40,647 nucleotides of DNA from Deltaproteobacteria bacterium (GTDB taxonomy: Bacteria; Desulfobacterota; Desulfobacteria; Desulfobacterales; UBA11574): contig JAFDEW010000006.1 in the NCBI GenBank assembly GCA_019310125.1, forward strand, positions 1 to 40,647, given 5' to 3'. Position numbers and translations under genes: made by a program. The stretch's first letter is position 1, and each line of letters opens with the position of its first letter. This document shows positions 12,494-20,098 of the stretch, in pieces. The notes under the pieces are model-generated. The model ran no database searches. It saw only the letters and a list, made by a program, of their open reading frames with translations, and had not been told where the DNA came from.

Positions 12494-12643
12494 ACGAATT
12501 TATAAAGAGTTTGTTATTTAGTGTTTTATGGTTTACTTAAACAATATTTTGATATAACAGTAGGTTATACCATAAAACACCTTTATAATCGGCCACTTTT
12601 CAACCTTTTAATAAAACCATCACGGTTTAATTCATTATCTCAT

Positions 12644-15600
12644 ATGAGATTTATTGCTGATTTTCATGTTCATTCACATTTTTCAAGGTCAACGGCGAAA
12701 AATCTTGATCTTGAAAACCTATACATAGCAGCCCAGTTAAAAGGTATAACGGTTATCGGAACCGGTGATTTTACCCATCCGGGATGGTTTGCAGAAATTA
12801 AAGAAAAACTTGTTCCGGCTGAACCCGGACTTTTCAAGTTAAAGGAAAAAATCGCAAAACTATGCGATCAACGGGTTCCCCTGTCGTGTCGAGGGAACGT
12901 TAGGTTTATACTGGTTTCTGAAATAAGTAATATCTATAAAAAAAATAATAAAACCCGTAAAAATCATAATCTTGTATTTCTGCCAAACCTTGACCTTGCA
13001 GAAAAATTTAATTCAAAATTAGATAAAATCGGGAATATTAAATCTGACGGCAGGCCCATTCTCGGCCTTGACGCAAGAGACCTTCTTGAAATTCTTATAG
13101 AGACTTCCGACAAGGGGTTTCTAATACCTGCTCATATCTGGACCCCATGGTTTTCACTCCTTGGTTCAAAATCAGGATTTGATTCCATCGAAGAATGTTT
13201 TGAAGATCTTTCATCTTATATATTCGCAGTTGAAACCGGCCTTTCATCCGATCCGGCCATGAACTGGAGAGTATCCTCTTTGGACGGAAGGACGTTGATC
13301 TCGAATTCTGATGCCCACTCCCCCTTAAAACTTGGAAGGGAAGCAAATATTTTTAATACGGAGCTTTCCTATTCATCCATAAAAAAAACCATCAAAAAAG
13401 GAGACCCCGAAAGTTTTGTCGGAACTTACGAGTTTTATCCCGAAGAGGGAAAATATCATATCGATGGACACCGAAAGTGTAATGTTAGTTTTTGGCCGGA
13501 ACAGACCCGAAAACATGACGGAAAATGTCCAGTCTGTGGGAAACCACTGACACTTGGTGTTTTGTACAGAGTAGAGGAACTTTCCGACCGTTTGGAGGGT
13601 GAAAAACCCAAAAATAAACCCCCTTTTTTTAATATTGTTCCACTTACGGAAATATTATCGGATGTTTTAGAAGTGGGTTCCGGGTCAAAGAAAGTGATGA
13701 GAAATTATATGACCTTGCTTGAGAAGCTTGGACCCGAACTTGAAATTCTTAATACCAAAAAAAAAGAAGAAATTAATTCGGCGGGAGTTCCTTTGCTTGG
13801 TGAAGCAATTTCAAAAATGAGGCAAAATAAAATCGTTCTTTTACCCGGATATGACGGAGAATATGGAAAAATAAAAATTTTTAATCTTCAAGAACGGAAA
13901 AGACTACTCGGACAAAAAGAGCTTTTTTTTATTAAGCCACCGGAATCTGATAAAAACAAGAAAAAAAAACACCAAAGATCACATCAGCAAAAACTATCTA
14001 AACAAATTCGCCATACGGCACGCATTGAGACGGTGTCAGAAAAAAAAGATACTAATTCTAATCCGTTGCAGAAAGAAAGCCCTGTCGAATTCGGCCTGTT
14101 TGAGCTGAACAAGGAACAGCGTCGGGCGGTTGAATACGAAACGGGCCCCATGATTATCGTAGCAGGTCCGGGTACCGGTAAAACACGAACCTTGACCCAT
14201 CGGATAGCGCACCTTGTAACAGATAAAAAAGTTTTGCCGAAAAATATTCTGGCAGTAACATTTACGAACAAGGCCGCACAGGAAATGCGGAACAGACTAA
14301 AATATTTAATAAAAAACCCAAAACAACTTCCTTTTACGGGAACATTTCACAGTCTTTGTTTAAACCTGTTGAACGATCATCAAAAAAATGGCTGTGTAAT
14401 CATCGATGAGGATGATCGAAAAAATATAATTTCGGACGCAATCAAACATATGGAGAAAAATGGCCATACAGTTGCCGTTAAACCGAAAAGACTTTTAGAT
14501 TGGATTGCGTCAGCCAAGCAGTTGATAAAACTCCCCGAAGAATGTGCTGATGAAATTGCCGGTTCCCAAAAGCAGATTTTTCTTACTGTATTAAAATGTT
14601 ATCAGAATCTGCTATCCATTCAGGGCCTTTGTGACTATGAAGACCTGATATATAACACCGTCCGTCTTTTTGAAGAAGATAAAGATATTATAAAAAAATA
14701 CCGGGAACGCTATAAATATGTTTTTGTAGATGAATATCAGGATTTAAATCATGGACAGTACTCTTTACTAAAAACTCTTATGCCCCCTGGAACAAAAAAA
14801 AGAAATATTTGCGTTATTGGAGATCCGGACCAGTTAATTTATGGGTTCAGGGGGTCGGATGTTAAATATTTTAATAACTTTATTAAAGACTACCCTGATG
14901 CCGAGGTTTTCAGGCTGACACAAAATTACCGATCAACCCAGACCATTCTTGATGCATCCTATCAGGTCATCAGCGCACGAGAAAAAGACGCTCACAGATC
15001 GCGTATTTATTCTACGATCAACGGTGTAAAAACGATCAGTGTTATTGAAGCGGGTTCGGCAAAAGGCGAAGCTGTTGCGGTCGGCAAGATTATTGAAAAA
15101 TTAATTGGGGGTATGGGGTTTCATTTTATGGATTTCGGTTCCGCTTGTGACCGGCACCAGATACCGAACAAAAGCTTTTCTGATTTTGCCGTGTTATACC
15201 GAACCGATGTTCAGAATAGATTTTTTTCAGATGTTTTTGTTAAGGTGGGCATACCCTTTCAAATCGTTAGCTGGACAAATGCGTTTGACACAAAAAATAT
15301 AAAAGAATTAATCTCATTATTGAAAACCATTGAAGGATTGGGATGTTTTGCTGATTTTGAAAGAAGTATAAATTTATTGAACAAACCGATCAGTAGAAAA
15401 ATCGTGGAAATTTTTAAAAATTGGAGTTACAAAAACCGATTTGCACTGTCAAAAGCAATAGATAGCGCGCGAAAGTTACCCATACCAGAAATGGGCCGGG
15501 CCAGGCACTTAAAATTGAATGGTTTTTTAAGTGATCTTTTGGAAATGAAAAAAAAGATCAGAGAGTTGGATGTTGAAAAAAAGCTTGTTTTTCTCGTGAA

Positions 15601-16093
15601 AAACACCCGGCTTGCGGAAACCATAAACGGTAATCCAAAAACAAAACAGGTGGTAAAACGATTAATTGATATTTCCAAAACATTCGATTTTAACATGTCA
15701 GGTTTTGTTGCCATGATCGCCTTGAACACCGATACGGATAGTTACGAACGCGAGGCTGAAAAAGTTTCGTTGATGACCATGCATACCGCCAAAGGCCTTG
15801 AGTTTCCGATAGTTTTTCTTGTGGGGTGTGAAAATGGGTATCTCCCGTTTCAAGGATTGAACTTGGAGACGACGGATGTGGACGAAGAAAGACGGCTTTT
15901 TTATGTTTCCATGACCCGTGCCCAGGAGCGACTATACTTAACCTTTGCCAAAAAAAGGAAAATTTATGGAAAAACCAAAGATCGGATTATGTCGCCATTT
16001 ATCGGGGAAATCGAAAACCGTCTAAAAATGAAAGAGAAATCTATTCCGGGCAAGAAAAGAAAGAACGGTCCAACACAACTCAAACTTTTTTAA
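12644..16093 (+). CDS. Fusion protein: EndoQ-type PHP-domain endonuclease (TIGR00375-like) plus UvrD/PcrA/Rep-type superfamily 1 helicase
   Basis: The N-terminal half carries DFHVHSHFSRS, GTGDFTHP, SNSDAHSPLKLGRE, GKYH, the zinc finger CPVCGKPLTLGVLYRVEEL, and PGYDGEYGKIKIF, matching my recollection of Pyrococcus EndoQ. A Lys-rich linker follows. The helicase motifs are AGPGTGKTRT, VDEYQDLN, QNYRST, TMHTAKGLEFP and RRLFYVSMTRA. The last residues are QLKLF. The ATG at 12644 is preferred over the GTG at 12521, which lies inside a hairpin. Confidence 0.8.
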   Translation: MRFIADFHVHSHFSRSTAKNLDLENLYIAAQLKGITVIGTGDFTHPGWFAEIKEKLVPAEPGLFKLKEKIAKLCDQRVPLSCRGNVRFILVSEISNIYKKNNKTRKNHNLVFLPNLDLAEKFNSKLDKIGNIKSDGRPILGLDARDLLEILIETSDKGFLIPAHIWTPWFSLLGSKSGFDSIEECFEDLSSYIFAVETGLSSDPAMNWRVSSLDGRTLISNSDAHSPLKLGREANIFNTELSYSSIKKTIKKGDPESFVGTYEFYPEEGKYHIDGHRKCNVSFWPEQTRKHDGKCPVCGKPLTLGVLYRVEELSDRLEGEKPKNKPPFFNIVPLTEILSDVLEVGSGSKKVMRNYMTLLEKLGPELEILNTKKKEEINSAGVPLLGEAISKMRQNKIVLLPGYDGEYGKIKIFNLQERKRLLGQKELFFIKPPESDKNKKKKHQRSHQQKLSKQIRHTARIETVSEKKDTNSNPLQKESPVEFGLFELNKEQRRAVEYETGPMIIVAGPGTGKTRTLTHRIAHLVTDKKVLPKNILAVTFTNKAAQEMRNRLKYLIKNPKQLPFTGTFHSLCLNLLNDHQKNGCVIIDEDDRKNIISDAIKHMEKNGHTVAVKPKRLLDWIASAKQLIKLPEECADEIAGSQKQIFLTVLKCYQNLLSIQGLCDYEDLIYNTVRLFEEDKDIIKKYRERYKYVFVDEYQDLNHGQYSLLKTLMPPGTKKRNICVIGDPDQLIYGFRGSDVKYFNNFIKDYPDAEVFRLTQNYRSTQTILDASYQVISAREKDAHRSRIYSTINGVKTISVIEAGSAKGEAVAVGKIIEKLIGGMGFHFMDFGSACDRHQIPNKSFSDFAVLYRTDVQNRFFSDVFVKVGIPFQIVSWTNAFDTKNIKELISLLKTIEGLGCFADFERSINLLNKPISRKIVEIFKNWSYKNRFALSKAIDSARKLPIPEMGRARHLKLNGFLSDLLEMKKKIRELDVEKKLVFLVKNTRLAETINGNPKTKQVVKRLIDISKTFDFNMSGFVAMIALNTDTDSYEREAEKVSLMTMHTAKGLEFPIVFLVGCENGYLPFQGLNLETTDVDEERRLFYVSMTRAQERLYLTFAKKRKIYGKTKDRIMSPFIGEIENRLKMKEKSIPGKKRKNGPTQLKLF

Positions 16094-16124
16094 GTCAAAG
16101 CCAAACGTTTGAGATAATTTAGGT

Positions 16125-16490
16125 TTAAGTTTTATCATCAAGAGCATGTTTTTCTATAATCGACAAACCGATTAAAAAATGCCCCTTAAATGATCCCTGT
16201 TCTTTTTTTGTGATATGTTTGATTTTTGTTTTTAAGAATTCGGCAGAACGCGACGCTTCCGGCGGATAATATTTCATTTTTAATATTTCGTTTACTGTTA
16301 AATGTTCCAGTACCGCAGAATCTTCATTTACCAGAATGCCCAAGCCGCTTGATGAAAGATCCCTTAATTTAAAATGATAAAGACTACCGGTCTCTTTTAA
16401 CTTAAACTCTACGCTGTAAAACCTATCCAGTACCTTTCTTAATTGAGATCTTTTTTCTTCACGGTTGCCTGTGGAGGTATTTTCTTGCAT
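16125..16490 (-). CDS. PilZ domain protein (putative c-di-GMP receptor)
   Basis: RSQLR (RxxxR) is followed about 26 aa later by DLSSSG (DxSxxG). The ATG at 16490 is preferred over the TTG at 16514. Confidence 0.65.
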   Translation of the reverse strand: MQENTSTGNREEKRSQLRKVLDRFYSVEFKLKETGSLYHFKLRDLSSSGLGILVNEDSAVLEHLTVNEILKMKYYPPEASRSAEFLKTKIKHITKKEQGSFKGHFLIGLSIIEKHALDDKT

Positions 16491-16754
16491 AAACGCTCTT
16501 TGAGACCTTTGCAAAACGAAAAATCGTATGCTGTAACCATAAACGGATCATAATAAAAAGTTTCCGTTATGTGTACACGTTATACAAAATTAGACGAGGG
16601 TTCAAGTTTTTTTTGAAGAAAAGACAAAGAATTAAAAAAACAAATCAATTCTTGCTTTAAAATGATAAAGGACTATGTTTTTGTTTTTTCATAAAGATAA
16701 AAATTTACGATTATTCATTAAAACACAAAAAAGTGAAGAGGTGAGCTATAAATT

Positions 16755-17540
16755 ATGAAGGATAATATCTTTAATGGGCAAATAAGCGGCAGAAAAAAGA
16801 TCCATACGAAAGACAAGATCCGGTTTGATTGCCATCCGGAGGTTGCGTGTTTTACCCGATGCTGCAAGGATGCTGATATGTATCTTTATCCCTATGATAT
16901 TATCCGCATGAAGAACGGACTCGGTATGTCTTCGGATCGATTTCTTGAAAAATATAGTATTCAAGCATTTAGAGACAACCCATATTTTCCAAGTCTTATG
17001 CTCAAGATGTCGGACGATGAAGAAAAATCATGCCCCTTCCTGTCTCCTGAAGGATGTACCATATACAAAGACCGGCCCTTTTCCTGCCGGTCTTATCCGC
17101 TGGAACGCGCCGTGGCAAGAAGCGGTGATGAAAATGGACGTAAGGTTTTATACTTCATTATGCGTCACAGCTACTGTCTCGGGCATAAAGAATCTCGCGA
17201 ATGGACGGTAAATGAGTGGATTGAAGATCAGGAGGTGGAATTATATAATGAAATGAACGACTTGTGGGTTGATGTCGATTCCATATTCAGAGCAAATCCA
17301 TGGGGCGATCAAGGGATTGACAGCCCCGCCTTAAAAATGGCGTTTATGGCCTGTTTTAATATAGATATGTTTAAGAAATTCATCTTCGAGAGCAGTTTTT
17401 TATCGCGCTTTGATTTGCCCGGGGAAAGAATTGAAAAGTTCAAGCGGTCAGATGTCGAACTGATGAAGTTTGGTTTTGACTGGACAAAGTTTTTTCTTAC
17501 CGGATCCGGACCGCTCGTTTTGGCTGGACCCGAAACTTAA
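16755..17540 (+). CDS. YkgJ/UPF0153-family cysteine-cluster (putative Zn/Fe-chelating) protein
   Basis: The Cys cluster is CHPEVACFTRCC, with a downstream CPFLSPEGCTIYKDRPFSCRSYP. A good RBS (GAAGAGGTGA) lies upstream. Confidence 0.6.
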   Translation: MKDNIFNGQISGRKKIHTKDKIRFDCHPEVACFTRCCKDADMYLYPYDIIRMKNGLGMSSDRFLEKYSIQAFRDNPYFPSLMLKMSDDEEKSCPFLSPEGCTIYKDRPFSCRSYPLERAVARSGDENGRKVLYFIMRHSYCLGHKESREWTVNEWIEDQEVELYNEMNDLWVDVDSIFRANPWGDQGIDSPALKMAFMACFNIDMFKKFIFESSFLSRFDLPGERIEKFKRSDVELMKFGFDWTKFFLTGSGPLVLAGPET

Positions 17541-17596
17541 TTTGTGCCCAATAAAGATTCATGGATGGCCACCAAATTAAGCGATCCGCTTTCGAG

Positions 17597-18871
17597 TCAG
17601 CCAATAAGAATGCCGACAACCGCTCCGGTCATACAAGTGGCCAGGGTACCGGCGACGATGGAACGGAACCCCAACGAAACGATTTCCTCACGTCTTTCAG
17701 GCGCCATTGTCCCCATTCCGCCGATCATAATCCCCAGACTTCCGGGATTGGCAAAACCGCACATGGCATATGTCATAATCACCAGGCTTTTTTGGCTCAA
17801 AGCGCCTTGTGCCAGACGGCTCATATCAAGGTAGGCCAAAAATTCGTTGAGGATGGTTTTGGTTCCCATAAGTGCGCCGGCCACGGGGGCCTCTTCCCAA
17901 GGGACACCCATAAGCCAGACAACCGGTGCCATCATCAGCCCAAGAAGTCTTTGCAGCGTAACCGGTTGATCGCCAAATTCCGGCAAAAGAGACAGGATGA
18001 TATTAACCAGGTGGACCAGAGCCACCAGCACAATGAGCATGGCGATGATATTGATCAGGAGCTGGATACCCTGCAGGGTTCCTTTGGTGATCGCGTCCAT
18101 GGCACTCAAAGACACTTCCGGAGATGTCAACTCTCCGGAGGTTTGCCGGCCGGTTTCAGGCACCATGATCTTGGAAATCATGACAGCCGCCGGTACACTG
18201 ATAATAGACGCTGTCAGAATATGCCCCATAATACCTGGAATAATGTTTCCCAGAATGCTGGCGTAGAGGACCATGACCGTGCCTGCTATAGTGGCCATTC
18301 CCGAGGTCATGAGTGTGAAAATCTCACTTCGGCTCATCTCATTCAGATACGGGCGGATGAAAAGCGGGGATTCGACCATACCAATAAATATATTGGCCGA
18401 GACACCCAATCCCTCGGCACCGCCCAATCCCATGGTTTTTTGCAATGCCCAGGAAAAGGCCTTTACCACCACGGGTAGGATTCTCCAGTAAAACAGAAGC
18501 GCCGACAGGGCGCTAATGAGAAGAATGAGAGGAAGCGCCCTGAAGGCCAAAATAAAACTGGCTGACGGATATTTTTCAGCAAATGGAAGTGTTCCGCCGC
18601 CAAGGTAACCGAACACCATGGAGGTTCCTGCGGTTGTGGATTCTTCAAGGTATAGAACCAGCCGGCTCAAAGAGATAAAAAAATTTCTGAACACCGGCAG
18701 TTTTAGCAGGATTAATCCCACAGCAAACTGGATTAAGATTCCGGTGATGATAATTTTAAAACTCACCTTTGTGCGGTTTTCACTGATCAGCCAGGCAATT
18801 CCCGCGAATACGACCAGACCCGCCATGCTTTGGGCGATCATGGCACTTCCCTTCTGGTGGACACTAACCAA
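17597..18871 (-). CDS. nupC: NupC/CNT-family nucleoside:cation symporter
   Basis: It is a polytopic membrane protein whose N-terminus (LVVFAGIAWLISENRTKVSFKIIITGILIQF) is typical of NupC. The conserved CGFANPGSLGIMIGG motif is present. An alternative start lies at 18841. Confidence 0.85.
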   Translation of the reverse strand: MVSVHQKGSAMIAQSMAGLVVFAGIAWLISENRTKVSFKIIITGILIQFAVGLILLKLPVFRNFFISLSRLVLYLEESTTAGTSMVFGYLGGGTLPFAEKYPSASFILAFRALPLILLISALSALLFYWRILPVVVKAFSWALQKTMGLGGAEGLGVSANIFIGMVESPLFIRPYLNEMSRSEIFTLMTSGMATIAGTVMVLYASILGNIIPGIMGHILTASIISVPAAVMISKIMVPETGRQTSGELTSPEVSLSAMDAITKGTLQGIQLLINIIAMLIVLVALVHLVNIILSLLPEFGDQPVTLQRLLGLMMAPVVWLMGVPWEEAPVAGALMGTKTILNEFLAYLDMSRLAQGALSQKSLVIMTYAMCGFANPGSLGIMIGGMGTMAPERREEIVSLGFRSIVAGTLATCMTGAVVGILIG

Positions 18872-18880
18872 GTTGCTTGA

Positions 18881-19333
18881 TTACAACAGGGGTATGATTC
18901 GCTCTATGTGCTCCTTGATTATCGCAAATATCTTTTGGTATTTTTTGTAAGAACCGCCCATGGGATCTTCGATGGCGCTTTTTCTGGTTTCCTTGTCGGG
19001 CCAGGCGCCCAAAAGAGCGACCCGGTCTCGACGCCATGGAAAGAAGACCTGAACGAATTTTTTCTGGACCGGTTCCATGCATAGAATCAGGTCCGCCCTG
19101 AGCAACTCTTCCCCGACAAGACATCGGGCTCTGTGGGATGAAATGTCAAAACCGTTTTTTCTACAGACAGCCTGGGCATGTTCGGTGGCCGGAGAATCAG
19201 TTACTCCGTGAATGCCCATGGATGAAACAAATAAAGCACCACGTTCCATTCCATGCCATTTATATCGCAAAAATCCTTCCGCCATGGGGCTGCGGCAGAT
19301 ATTACCCGTACAGACAAAGATAATATTTAACAT
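18881..19333 (-). CDS. Low-molecular-weight protein-tyrosine phosphatase / ArsC-like phosphatase family
   Basis: MLNIIFVCTGNICRSPMAEGF carries the CX5R(S/T) P-loop. The internal ATG at 19333 removes an unsupported 39-aa extension that would overlap the upstream gene. Confidence 0.8.
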   Translation of the reverse strand: MLNIIFVCTGNICRSPMAEGFLRYKWHGMERGALFVSSMGIHGVTDSPATEHAQAVCRKNGFDISSHRARCLVGEELLRADLILCMEPVQKKFVQVFFPWRRDRVALLGAWPDKETRKSAIEDPMGGSYKKYQKIFAIIKEHIERIIPLL

Positions 19334-19352
19334 ATTACACACATTAAAGTGG

Positions 19353-19829
19353 TTATAGAGATAAGTCGTCTCGGCAAAAAACTGTTTCCAGGATATGGAC
19401 CGTGGTCCGGTATATAGCAGGGTCCTTGCTTGCTCTGGGCCCCGCAACATTTAGAACTTCAATTTCATGTTCTGCCAACCAAAATCTGATCTGTTTTGCG
19501 GCTTGAAAAGACTCGGTCTTGTTTAAATCTATATGAAGCCACGGGCGCCCATGACCCAGCACCATGTCTCGAGTATATTCTGATCCTCCGGTAAGTTTAC
19601 CATGGGATATTACCAGCGTTCCGTCGGAATCTATCACGTTCTGTTCCGTTCGTTTGTTATGGTTGGCCGTTTCCATCTCTTTTAGATGGTATTTGTCATC
19701 CAGCATTCCGTTTTCCGTTAATCGTCCTTTGGGTATCCATCCCCCATGTGAAATCCCCAGCTTTATAGCAACATCAAGGGCGGCTTGGTCAACGCCGGTC
19801 TGACCGCCGGAAATTATTTTTTTTACCAT
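19353..19829 (-). CDS. Circularly permuted YpsA-like SLOG-fold protein (family formerly called 'putative molybdenum carrier')
   Basis: The N-terminus KIISGGQTGVDQAALDVAIKLGISHGGWIPKGRLTENG, followed by RTEQNVIDSDGTLV, matches my recollection of the PF12694 signature. Confidence 0.6.
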   Translation of the reverse strand: MVKKIISGGQTGVDQAALDVAIKLGISHGGWIPKGRLTENGMLDDKYHLKEMETANHNKRTEQNVIDSDGTLVISHGKLTGGSEYTRDMVLGHGRPWLHIDLNKTESFQAAKQIRFWLAEHEIEVLNVAGPRASKDPAIYRTTVHILETVFCRDDLSL

Positions 19830-20098
19830 GATCGTGTCTCTCCTGCGAAAAATTTACAGAGGGATTTCAATATAGGCTAACCGTTGGCGGGTGTCAATGG
19901 GAAGGGCTGGAAGGTTTTTATTCCATCGGCTTGTCTTGTCCAATAACCTGGAGGGCTTAAAGATTATGCGTTGACTAAATATCTATGTCTTAATATGGTG
20001 AATGCATACCGGTACAATTTGTTTCTCATCAAAAGGTTAGCCGTTGTAATCAAAATTTTTTTGCCAAAAACAGCAAAATTTCAGAACAAGGGATTCAC

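Larger units (their letters stand above)
12126..12643. promoter_or_regulatory. Extremely AT-rich divergent intergenic region (dnaN <-> endoQ-uvrD fusion). It holds promoters and is a possible DNA-unwinding or origin-associated region.
   Basis: By eye the region is under about 20-25% G+C over roughly 400 bp. It contains two perfect palindromes and a hairpin with 12-bp arms (12521-12532 / 12579-12590). I found no perfect TTATCCACA DnaA box. Confidence 0.4.

Noticed and set aside
12447-12497. 16-codon mini-ORF (MEYGCKFLRIRKNTNL) spanning the 22-bp palindrome
   Set aside because: The RBS is weak and there is no attenuation logic I can link to downstream genes. It is most likely fortuitous.
12126-12520. 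Canonical DnaA boxes (TTATCCACA) that would prove oriC
   Set aside because: I found none with 1 mismatch or fewer by eye. The origin idea is therefore kept only as a hypothesis in the findings, not annotated as oriC.
12521-12643. N-terminal extensions offered by the ORF track: here a GTG start, and likewise 1993-2109, 4624-4686, 19334-19450, 31142-31240, 31414-31506, 35303-35329 and 16491-16514
   Set aside because: In each case the conserved family N-terminus begins at an internal ATG, usually with a better RBS. The extension overlaps a hairpin, a repeat or the neighbouring gene.
17561-18478. 305-aa + strand ORF rich in His/Arg/Asp/Gln
   Set aside because: It is entirely antisense to the well-supported NupC transporter gene. 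Its low-complexity composition is typical of the mirror frame of a hydrophobic membrane protein, and it has no motif or RBS.
19830-20098. SAM or other riboswitch upstream of the ybdL-like methionine transaminase
   Set aside because: CTCATCAAAAGG loosely resembles the start of a SAM-I element. However, the remaining conserved helices and junction nucleotides are absent, and the spacer is too short to hold them.
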